This document shows, piece after piece, positions 39,535 through 47,297 of a stretch of 64,000 nt of DNA; the stretch's first letter is position 1; each line of letters starts with the position of its first letter. The position numbers and the translations under genes were made by a program. The stretch comes from Candidatus Rariloculaceae bacterium. Its GTDB lineage: Bacteria; Pseudomonadota; Gammaproteobacteria; Steroidobacterales; Rariloculaceae. The notes under the pieces are model-generated. The model was not told the origin of the DNA and ran no database searches. It saw only the letters and a list, made by a program, of their open reading frames with translations. The stretch spans positions 6,599-70,598 of the forward strand of contig JBJKYM010000015.1 in NCBI GenBank assembly GCA_045561025.1. Reading direction: 5' to 3'.

Positions 39535-40194
39535 ATGAGAAAGCGACGATCGACACTTCTTCTGGGCGCTGCGGTGGCCAGCCTGAGCTTCGCTGGAGCC
39601 GTTTCGGCGGCCCCCTTCATAGATGGAATCTGGGATCCTGTATTCGAACGGGGGTTGGGACACCCACCGCCAGAGGACGTGAAACTAACGGCTGCCGGAC
39701 AGGCTGCGTATGACAGTTTCTCAAAAGAATCCGACCCGACGTTGAAATGCATCATGCCGGGCGTGCCTCTTGGAATTTACGATCCATATCCGCTGGAAAT
39801 AATTCAGCAGGATCATCAGGTTGTGTTTCTGCATGAGCACTTTCACATGGTGCGTCGATTCTTTACCGATGGAAGAGACGTGCCCGATAACTGGTGGCCG
39901 TCACTGGTTGGCTTCTCCGTAGGAAACTGGGAAGGCGATACGCTGGTCGTTAAGACCACCCATATGTCGTCCGACAACATCATGTGGCACAGCGGGATGC
40001 CGTTCTCCGGAGACCCTGAGTCCTATGTCATCGAACGCTATGATTTCGACGGCGACGAGATGACTCTCACCGCTGAAGTATTCGACCCTACCTATTTTGA
40101 GGAGCCGTATGTTATTCGCAGCCGCCGCGTGAGAAATCCTGACGGCATGATTTTCGAATATGAGTGCTACGCTGAATTCAGTGGCGCAGAATAA
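39535..40194 (+). CDS. HH/NPH family: stand-alone C-domain protein
   Basis: Signal peptide, then FIDGIWDP, LKCIMPGVPLGIYDPYPLEIIQQDHQVVFLHE, VGNWEGDTLVVKTT, VIERYDF...LTAEVFDPTYFEEPY, C-terminal FEYEC. No HH/NPH domain. Confidence 0.8.
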   Translation: MRKRRSTLLLGAAVASLSFAGAVSAAPFIDGIWDPVFERGLGHPPPEDVKLTAAGQAAYDSFSKESDPTLKCIMPGVPLGIYDPYPLEIIQQDHQVVFLHEHFHMVRRFFTDGRDVPDNWWPSLVGFSVGNWEGDTLVVKTTHMSSDNIMWHSGMPFSGDPESYVIERYDFDGDEMTLTAEVFDPTYFEEPYVIRSRRVRNPDGMIFEYECYAEFSGAE

Positions 40195-40211
40195 CTGAGT
40201 GGAGTGTAGAT

Positions 40212-40634
40212 ATGTTGAACAAGAAAACCATTCTGTTGACTTTGGCGGGTGGCTGCCTGACCGCTGCGCTTCCCGCATCGGGTCACCACAGCACCTTCAA
40301 CTACTACGATCCGGAGGTCATCGTCGAGTACGAAGACGTAACGGCAGTATCGTTCGAGGTAATGAACCCGCACGCACGGCTTGTGTTTCTCGTAACCGAT
40401 GATGATGGCAACGAGGTCGAGTGGACCGCAACCACACAGAGCGCCAACGTTCTTCGTCGCATGGGGATAAGCGCTGATTCAATTCGTCCCGGAGACAAAT
40501 TGACGGTCACTGCTTCGCCGCATAGGGAAGGGCTGAATCTCGTCCTGATGACCGAAGTTGCCTGGGAGAACGGAGACTACGCCGTTCTCTCAATCGGTGC
40601 TTCCGGTGGACTGTTTCGCGCCGACGCTGAGTAG
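40212..40634 (+). CDS. HH/NPH family: stand-alone N-domain protein (DUF6152-like)
   Basis: MLNKKTILLTLAGGCLTAALPASG|HHSTFNYYDPE..., VMNPH, WTATTQSANVLRRMGISADSIRPGDKLTVTA; 140 aa; GGAG RBS. Confidence 0.8.
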   Translation: MLNKKTILLTLAGGCLTAALPASGHHSTFNYYDPEVIVEYEDVTAVSFEVMNPHARLVFLVTDDDGNEVEWTATTQSANVLRRMGISADSIRPGDKLTVTASPHREGLNLVLMTEVAWENGDYAVLSIGASGGLFRADAE

Positions 40635-40662
40635 TATTGAGTTCAAAAAAGAGGGTATTTCC

Positions 40663-41055
40663 ATGAGTAGATCAGTCGCAATATTTGCCGCAGTCGTTCT
40701 GACCCTGTCTTCGGGGCTCGTCATCTCTCAGCAGGTCACAACGCCTGAGATGATGCTGTACAGCTTCGCTGACGTCGAAATCGGAACGCCTGCAGACGGC
40801 CGTAAGGTCCGCCGAATATCGGCTTCGACCGTGGGTTTGATCCGCGTCGAATGGCCGGAAGGAACCGCCACCACGCCGCACAATCATGCGAACGAGCTGG
40901 TTCTGTCAGTGGTCGAAGGACGGTTACGGGCGATCAGTGGCGATCAGGAATTCATCATGGAGGCGGGCGACACCGTCGTAATTCCGGCCTGGGTAGAACA
41001 CAGCTACATCGCGCTTGAGGATTCCATTACATTCGAGGCGGCCGGTCCCGGCTAA
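40663..41055 (+). CDS. exported cupin-domain protein
   Basis: Signal peptide MSRSVAIFAAVVLTLSSGLVISQ; cupin motifs TPHNHANELVLSVVEGRL...GDTVVIPAWVEHSY. Start trimmed to ATG 40663. Confidence 0.75.
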   Translation: MSRSVAIFAAVVLTLSSGLVISQQVTTPEMMLYSFADVEIGTPADGRKVRRISASTVGLIRVEWPEGTATTPHNHANELVLSVVEGRLRAISGDQEFIMEAGDTVVIPAWVEHSYIALEDSITFEAAGPG

Positions 41056-41062
41056 CGCCAGA

Positions 41063-41458
41063 GTGATACACGAGGGTGGATGCCACTGCGGGGCTGTGCG
41101 CTTCGAGGTGGACGCGCCGGAGACGCTCGAATGCGGTGATTGCAACTGCTCCATCTGTTCGAAGTCGGGCTTTCTCCACCTCATCGTTCCGGCCTCCTGC
41201 TTTACGCTTCTGAGCGGTCGCGAGAATCTTGAGACTTACACGTTTAATATCGGCGTTGCGCAACATTTGTTCTGCCGGACCTGTGGAGTGAAATCGTTCT
41301 ACATACCACGCTCGAATCCTGACGGAGTCGACGTAAACGTGAGATGCCTGGAGCCGCAGCCGACTGAGATATCAATAGAGCCTTTCGACGGTCAGAATTG
41401 GGAGGAACACGCTCATGAGCTGGCCCATTTTTCGAAAGAAGCGATTTCGAGCACGTGA
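41063..41458 (+). CDS. GFA-family (CENP-V/glutathione-dependent formaldehyde-activating-like) zinc protein
   Basis: Cys motifs GGCHCGAVRFEV, CNCSICSKSGFLHLIV, FCRTCGV. GTG 41063 chosen to avoid overlap with the cupin gene (the ORF-track start 41015 is also possible). Confidence 0.75.
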   Translation: MIHEGGCHCGAVRFEVDAPETLECGDCNCSICSKSGFLHLIVPASCFTLLSGRENLETYTFNIGVAQHLFCRTCGVKSFYIPRSNPDGVDVNVRCLEPQPTEISIEPFDGQNWEEHAHELAHFSKEAISST

Positions 41459-41493
41459 ATAAACAGGTGTTCCTGAGGGAACGGAGAGAAGCG

Positions 41494-42264
41494 ATGAGGA
41501 TACGACACGGCATTTTCGCGCTGGCTGCCGTACTCGCTGCGGGCTGGGCACTGGCTCAGACTGAAGAGGCATTGCGCGTCTACAGTTCCAACGGAGTTCG
41601 GGTAGTCCTGCAGGAGATGCAACCACAGATTGAGCAGGCGATCGGACAACGGATCAGTTTCGAGCTGAGTACATCGCGAACGCTCGTAGAACAAATCGAA
41701 TCCGGCGAGCACTTTGATGTCGCGCTGCTGACGCCGGCGCTTATCGATGGCTTAATCGCGTCGCAGCACGTGAACGCCGGGTCACGCCAGGATTTTGCTC
41801 GCGTCGGAATCGGCGTTGGATCCAGAGAGGGAACGCCCGCGACGAGTGTCGCCACACTCGACGATCTGCGGCAGACTTTTTTGGCTGCAAAATCGATCGC
41901 GTTCGGCGCGAACGGTCAGAGCAGAATTACAAACGAGGGAAGCTTCGAGACGCTGGGAATCGCTGACGAAATGCGACCAAAAACTCGATTGACAGGTGCC
42001 GGAGAGGCGCCGGGTCTTGTTGCCGAGGGCGAGATTGAGCTCGTGCTGACGCTGGTAAGTGAACTGCTGCGTGAACCCGGTGTCCAGTTTCTTGGGCCGC
42101 TGCCCGCCGAAGTGCAGGGTTACGTTGATTTCTCCGCCGGGACTAGTGCAACTACCGGAGATGCCGCGGCTAGCGAAGCGCTCATCGCTTATCTCTATTC
42201 TCCGGCGTTCATTGAATCGCTCGAAAAGCATGGTCTGGAGCCGATTTCCGCCGCTGTCCATTGA
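41494..42264 (+). CDS. exported periplasmic-binding-protein-like (ModA-type PBP2 fold) orphan solute-binding protein
   Basis: Signal peptide MRIRHGIFALAAVLAAGWALAQ, then LRVYSSNGVRVVLQEMQPQIEQAIGQRISFELSTSRTLVEQIESGEHFDVALL, typical of molybdate/anion-type SBPs. No permease or ATPase nearby. Confidence 0.55.
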   Translation: MRIRHGIFALAAVLAAGWALAQTEEALRVYSSNGVRVVLQEMQPQIEQAIGQRISFELSTSRTLVEQIESGEHFDVALLTPALIDGLIASQHVNAGSRQDFARVGIGVGSREGTPATSVATLDDLRQTFLAAKSIAFGANGQSRITNEGSFETLGIADEMRPKTRLTGAGEAPGLVAEGEIELVLTLVSELLREPGVQFLGPLPAEVQGYVDFSAGTSATTGDAAASEALIAYLYSPAFIESLEKHGLEPISAAVH

Positions 42265-42296
42265 AAACCGGCATTGTTAATCGACGTTAATGAGCA

Positions 42297-43943
42297 ATGA
42301 GCGGGACAATGGTTAATATTCAGTTAGTAAAGGTCGCCAGGAAACACGTGTTGAACAATATCGTCTCATTGGAATTTCCGATTTTCGTCCGGCGGAGAGC
42401 TGCTTTGGCTGGCGCCTGTGCCATTTTCGCGTTGCTCAGCGCTGGCATGGCGTCGGCGCAGTCGCTGCCACGCACGGCGGATGGCAATCCCGATCTTCAG
42501 GGAATCTGGCGTGCCGTCAATCGTGCCGGCTACGATCTCGAAGGTCATGCGCCCCGGCACGATATGCCGGCTGGCATCGGTGTCGTCGACGGTGGGTCCA
42601 TTCCGTACCAGCCGTGGGCGGCCGAACAGAGGCTCGCTAACTTTGAGGCACGCGCTACGGCGGATCCGCTCTCGAAGTGTTTTCTCCCCGGCGTGCCTCG
42701 GGTTACCTCGCTGGAGTTTCCATTCCAGATATTTCAGATGGAGGAACATGTTGCGATCACCTATGAGTGGCAGCAGGTCTATCGCCTGATCTATACGAAC
42801 GGCGAGCCACCTTTATATGGCGGAATTCCTTCCTGGATGGGTAATTCACGCGGCCATTGGGACGGCGACGTATTCGTTGTTGAGGTCATGGACCAGAATG
42901 GCAATACCTGGCTGGATGCTGCCGGAAACTTCCACAGCGACGCTATTCAGGTAACCGAGCGTTATAGCCTGCGCGACGAAAACACGATCGACTACGAGGC
43001 GACGATTGAAGATCCGAACGTGTTCACGCGACCGTGGACTTTGCGGCTCGTACTGCAGCGGCAAACGCATATGGATCGTCTGCTCGAGTATCAATGTCAG
43101 GCGCTTGTAGAAGAAGAGAATGGCGCATTCGAGCGCGATGAGCCGACCTGGTATCCCGCGGCGCTTCCTGCCGACAACGAGCCGTTCGACGCTGACGCCG
43201 GTGCGGATCTGGCACTGCCGGAACCGGAATCGGAGATTAGAAGGCTGGCCGATGGCACGCCTGATATCAGCGGCTATTTTATGGCTGATGCGGGAGGCGC
43301 GAATTACGGTCTGGAGGCTCACCCACGCGAAATCATGCTGCCGCCAAGCCGCGGTCAGGTTATTGATCCGACAGACGGCTCATTACCGTATCAGGCGTGG
43401 GCAAGAACTGAGCGTATGGATCGCGAGCAGCCACACCGGGGTTACGACGATCCGACCGCGCATTGCATCGTCGCCGGCGTTCCAAGATCACACTATGTTC
43501 CCGCGCCGTTTTATATTCTTCAGCCGCCGGGTTACGTCGTCGTTCTTCATGAGCGAATGTCGTGGCGTCAGATTGCTCTGGAAGAACGTGAGCCGCTACC
43601 CGACAACATTCGCCTCTGGCAGGGGGATTCGATCGGGCGCTGGGAAGGAGATTCGCTGGTCGTCGAGTCGCAGAATTTCAATGGAAAAGCCTGGCTCAAT
43701 GAGGCAGGCGACGTCGCCAGTCACATGCTGAAGGTCGTTGAGACATTCACGCCCGGCAGCGACTCCCAGGTGATCTATCGGGCGACACTGACTGATCCGA
43801 TTTCATACACGCGGCCGTATACGATAGAGATGCCATTCAATCGATCTCACGACGAACTGCTGGAGGTTGCCTGCCTCGAAGATAACGGCGATCTGCAGCA
43901 TCTAAAGGATGTGCGTGACGAGCACCGTGCAAATCAGAATTGA
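42297..43943 (+). CDS. HH/NPH family: protein with two tandem C-domains
   Basis: Signal region RRRAALAGACAIFALLSAGMASAQ. Copy 1: LQGIWRAV, SKCFLPGVPRVT, RGHWDGDVFVVEV, LEYQC. Copy 2: ISGYFMAD, AHCIVAGVPRSH, IGRWEGDSLVVES, LLEVAC. Exact start uncertain. Confidence 0.8.
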   Translation: MSGTMVNIQLVKVARKHVLNNIVSLEFPIFVRRRAALAGACAIFALLSAGMASAQSLPRTADGNPDLQGIWRAVNRAGYDLEGHAPRHDMPAGIGVVDGGSIPYQPWAAEQRLANFEARATADPLSKCFLPGVPRVTSLEFPFQIFQMEEHVAITYEWQQVYRLIYTNGEPPLYGGIPSWMGNSRGHWDGDVFVVEVMDQNGNTWLDAAGNFHSDAIQVTERYSLRDENTIDYEATIEDPNVFTRPWTLRLVLQRQTHMDRLLEYQCQALVEEENGAFERDEPTWYPAALPADNEPFDADAGADLALPEPESEIRRLADGTPDISGYFMADAGGANYGLEAHPREIMLPPSRGQVIDPTDGSLPYQAWARTERMDREQPHRGYDDPTAHCIVAGVPRSHYVPAPFYILQPPGYVVVLHERMSWRQIALEEREPLPDNIRLWQGDSIGRWEGDSLVVESQNFNGKAWLNEAGDVASHMLKVVETFTPGSDSQVIYRATLTDPISYTRPYTIEMPFNRSHDELLEVACLEDNGDLQHLKDVRDEHRANQN

Positions 43944-43957
43944 GAGAGACCAGGACA

Positions 43958-44362
43958 ATGACGAAATTTATCCAGGCGGCCCTCGCTGCAACAGTTTTTA
44001 CGGCAACATGTTTCTCAGGTGCTGCGCTGGCGCATCATGCCTTCGCCGCGGAGTTCGATAGAGACAAGCCCGTACACATGACGGGTACGGTCACAGAGAT
44101 GAAATGGTCCAATCCACACGGATGGATCTACCTTGATGTCGAGGACGAGAACGGTAACGTCGTGAATTGGGCCTTCGAGACGCGCGCTGCGAACAACCTG
44201 ATCCGCATCGGCTGGCGCCCGAGCGATCTGCCGGTTGGAACCGTACTCGAGGTAAACGGTTATCAGGCACGAAACGACACACCGACTGCGAGTCTCGCCG
44301 GCGCAGTTCTGCCGGACGGCCGCACGCTATTTTCCGGCACTCCGGATTCCGACGAGGACTAG
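43958..44362 (+). CDS. HH/NPH family: stand-alone N-domain protein (DUF6152-like)
   Basis: MTKFIQAALAATVFTATCFSGAALA|HHAFAAEFDRDKPVHMTGTVTEMKWSNPHGWIYLDV...WAFETRAANNLIRIGWRPSDLPVGTVLEVNG; 134 aa from ATG 43958. Confidence 0.82.
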   Translation: MTKFIQAALAATVFTATCFSGAALAHHAFAAEFDRDKPVHMTGTVTEMKWSNPHGWIYLDVEDENGNVVNWAFETRAANNLIRIGWRPSDLPVGTVLEVNGYQARNDTPTASLAGAVLPDGRTLFSGTPDSDED

Positions 44363-44418
44363 TATCGCGTGGCTTTGATGCGCCCTGGCTGAACAATCGA
44401 ACCGCGACGACAGAGTTC

Positions 44419-45450
44419 GTGAAACAGATCTCAGCACTGCTTACCCTGTTCGTTGCGTTCGCGGCGTCACCGGTCTCCGCCCACCACAGCGCGTCGATAT
44501 TCGACCGCGATACTGTTCTGGTCTTTCCGGGCACCGTTACCCGATTCAACTGGGCCAACCCGCATGTCTATATCTATGTCGCGACGCGCGATGATGCGGG
44601 TCGAATCATCGAGTGGGAGATAGAAACCGACGCGACGCCGATTCTGCTGCGCAGCGGCTGGACCTCCGAGTCGTTACAACCGGGCAGCCAGGTTGTCGTG
44701 CGCGCCAATCCGGACAGGAACGTCAATAGAAATCATGCGTTGCTGGTCTCGATTGAGAGAGAAGACGGTGCTGTATTCGCGGCGCGGTCTGATTTTCTTC
44801 GAACGGAAGACGAAAGCGACCTGCTGGCTTCTGCCGCGAGCATGAACGGCATATGGGAGCTCAGCTACAGGGACTACAACTCGTTCTACGCTGTCTGGGC
44901 AGAGGTCGCTTTAACCGAAAAGGCGCTGGCAGCGCAGGCGACTTATGACGCCAGGGTGGAAGCGCCAGCCGCACAGTGCATTGCGCATCCGACGCCGACT
45001 ATCCTGGTTGCCCCCTATGCAAATGAGATCGTCATTCAGGACGATGTGGTGTTAATCAGGAACGAGCGTTTCAATATTGAGCGTACGGTGTATATGGACG
45101 GGCGCGGTCATCCTGAGAACGGAGAGCCCTCCAATCAGGGGCATTCCATTGGCTGGTGGGAGGACGACGTTCTTGTCTTCGACACGACGCTGTTCGCCAA
45201 CAACAGATCGCCGATATTCGGGCGGCCGATACGACCCGGGGGCGTTCCATCTGGTCCCGGCAAGCACGTTGTGGAAAGATTGGCGTTGAGTGACGATGGC
45301 ACGCGTATCGTTATCGACTTCACCCAGGAGGATCCGGAGTATCTTGCGGAACCGTTCAGTAGCACCGTGGAGTGGTATTTCGCGCCGCACCTGGAGATGC
45401 GTGGGTTTGGCTGCGACTCCGAGAACGCTACGCGATTCACGCTTGAGTGA
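44419..45450 (+). CDS. HH/NPH family member (fused N+C domains)
   Basis: GTG 44419 gives (M)KQISALLTLFVAFAASPVSA|HHSASIFD, WANPH, MNGIWELS, AQCIAHPTP, IGWWEDDVLVFDT, C-terminal RGFGC. The longer ORF-track start (44167) overlaps the previous gene and is rejected. Confidence 0.8.
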   Translation: MKQISALLTLFVAFAASPVSAHHSASIFDRDTVLVFPGTVTRFNWANPHVYIYVATRDDAGRIIEWEIETDATPILLRSGWTSESLQPGSQVVVRANPDRNVNRNHALLVSIEREDGAVFAARSDFLRTEDESDLLASAASMNGIWELSYRDYNSFYAVWAEVALTEKALAAQATYDARVEAPAAQCIAHPTPTILVAPYANEIVIQDDVVLIRNERFNIERTVYMDGRGHPENGEPSNQGHSIGWWEDDVLVFDTTLFANNRSPIFGRPIRPGGVPSGPGKHVVERLALSDDGTRIVIDFTQEDPEYLAEPFSSTVEWYFAPHLEMRGFGCDSENATRFTLE

Positions 45451-45503
45451 TGCTTACAGGCTTCCAGGACGCTCGGTATAAGAACTGAAAAACGGAGAGT
45501 GAT

Positions 45504-46517
45504 ATGAGGTTAATTCAGGTTTTCATGGCTGTCGGCGCGTCGCTCGGCGTGCTTAGCGCGCATGGTCATCATGCTTCAGCCGGAATCTACGACCGAAACG
45601 ATATCGGCGAGATCCAGGGCGAAATTACCTCGGTCTTCTGGCGCAATCCTCATGTTCGTTTCAACGTCTCCCGTATCGGCGATGGTGGCGAGGAAGAAAC
45701 CTGGGAGATTGAGTTCGGCTCGGTTAATACGGTCGAGCGTCTGGGCGTCACGCGCGAAAGGGTCAACGTAGGCGATCAGATTTCCGTAACAGGTAGCCTG
45801 GGGCGTAACGGCATGCATGTCATGTTCGCCGGCGCTGTCACCTTGTCCACGGGCGAGGAGTTGTTGCTCCAGGCGCCCTCGGCTGTCCGCTACGGAATTA
45901 CCGAGCAGGCCGTAGATGAATCCCGCGATGCCGATACCGAGCTGCGGGCCGACATCTTTCGTGTATGGCTTCCAAGTGAGCGCCCCGAAACCGGTTCGGG
46001 TACAACCGAGTATCCGTTGACCGACGTTGGCCGCGCGGCACAGACAGGCTGGGATGCGACCGACGACCCGGCGCTGCGCTGTATCCCGCCCGGCATTCCG
46101 ACGGCCATGGACAACCCCTACCCGATAGAGTTTATAGATCAGGGTGGCACGATCACTATGCTGCTGGAGGAATGGGACGGGGTCCGAACGATCTTCATGA
46201 ACGACAACGGCGACCAGCAACCGGCACAGCCGCGAATGGGATATTCGCGAGGGCGTCAGGAAGGAAACACGTTGGTTGTAGAGACCAGCGATATCGCCTG
46301 GCGATATGTAGACGATCTCGGCACGCCGATGAGCGAAGATGCCGTCATCGAAGAACGGTTTACGCTGATCGACGACGGAACGAGCCTGGAATGGGTTGCG
46401 CGCATCACGGATCCGGTGAATTTCACCGAGCCGGTCGTTATGGAGGGTGTATGGATCTGGCTACCCGGCCACGAGATCAAGCCTTTCAACTGCGCGTTAC
46501 CGGGCGATGGCGACTGA
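45504..46517 (+). CDS. HH/NPH family member (fused N+C domains)
   Basis: MRLIQVFMAVGASLGVLSAHG|HHASAGIYD, WRNPH, ADIFRVW, LRCIPPGIPTAMDNPYPIEFIDQG, RGRQEGNTLVVET, KPFNC. By eye the closest paralog of the 25597 gene. Confidence 0.85.
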   Translation: MRLIQVFMAVGASLGVLSAHGHHASAGIYDRNDIGEIQGEITSVFWRNPHVRFNVSRIGDGGEEETWEIEFGSVNTVERLGVTRERVNVGDQISVTGSLGRNGMHVMFAGAVTLSTGEELLLQAPSAVRYGITEQAVDESRDADTELRADIFRVWLPSERPETGSGTTEYPLTDVGRAAQTGWDATDDPALRCIPPGIPTAMDNPYPIEFIDQGGTITMLLEEWDGVRTIFMNDNGDQQPAQPRMGYSRGRQEGNTLVVETSDIAWRYVDDLGTPMSEDAVIEERFTLIDDGTSLEWVARITDPVNFTEPVVMEGVWIWLPGHEIKPFNCALPGDGD

Positions 46518-46655
46518 GCGGGCTCGGGCGCGGAACTCTGCGTCCATCGAGGAGTCTGACGAGTGTTGCCCGTCGTAGCCCCGGGAGCATTACGCTGCGC
46601 TGGCGCAACATGGTAAGTTAGTATAATGAGTAACGCGGTTCACAGGAGTTCGTAA

Positions 46656-47267
46656 GTGAAGTTAAGAGAATATCTCGTTGCAGGCCTGGCCGTTCTGGGT
46701 CTTGCCGCATTCATACAGCCGCTTCAGGCGCAACCGAATCTGGACAATATGTTCCTCGATGAGGACACGGATTCCTTCGATCCGGGTCTTCGGATCGGGG
46801 CGGACTTTCCAGCGATTCGAGCGATCTCTGATGGGCAGGAAATAAACAATATCTAACAATTTTTCGGGGACAAAGGAGCGGTATTTCTTGCGATGCGCTC
46901 CGTTGACTGGTGACCCTTCTGTAGAGCGCAGCTCGGGCAGCTGCAGGATTACGTTGAGGCCTACGAAGAGGCTGAGGTTGGAATCGTCGTTATCACCTAT
47001 GACGCACCAGAGTTACAACAGGCATTTATCGACGCAGGTGACATCACGTATCCGTTTATCTCGGATGTAGATGCGGAAACCATGATCACCTTAGGTATTC
47101 TGAACGAGAATAATTCACCGGGAGAACCCGCTTACGGAATTCCTCATCCGGGCGTTTTCGTCGTGAATACCGACAATGAGATCGTCGGCAAGATATTTAT
47201 CGAGAGCTTTCGCGAGCGCGTCGATGGGCCTGGAACACTGCGTTACGCTCTGGAGGTTCTGGAGTAG
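46656..47267 (+). pseudogene. exported peroxiredoxin-like/redoxin gene with TGA at the first Cys of the WCPFC redox motif plus an upstream in-frame TAA; candidate (ex-)selenoprotein
   Basis: A single frame reads signal peptide MKLREYLVAGLAVLGLAAFIQPLQAQ...FPAIRAISDGQEINNI*QFFGDKGAVFLAMRSVDW*PFCRAQLGQLQDYVEAYEEAEVGIVVITYDAPELQQAFIDAGDITYPFISDVDAETMITLGILNE...GIPHPGVFVVNTDNEIVGKIF. TAA at 46854-46856, TGA at 46911-46913. Confidence 0.65.
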
Positions 47268-47297
47268 CGCGAATCGGGGGAGAGTAGTCTGAATATC

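Noticed and set aside
44167-44418. The long N-terminal extension of the ORF-track entry 44167-45450. Similar extensions occur at 25477, 58618, 61520, 50222, 28804, 36374, 37299, 40558, 55181 and 20308.
   Set aside because: The extensions overlap upstream genes or are Arg-rich nonsense. Internal ATG/GTG starts with RBSs give canonical signal peptides or family-typical N-termini.
46928-46944. Treating the hairpins after the two TGA codons (also 26921-26937) as confirmed SECIS elements.
   Set aside because: The stems are only 6 bp, GC-rich palindromes are common in this genome, and both lie in sequence that must also encode the conserved RxQL segment. They are kept only as weak supporting observations within the findings.
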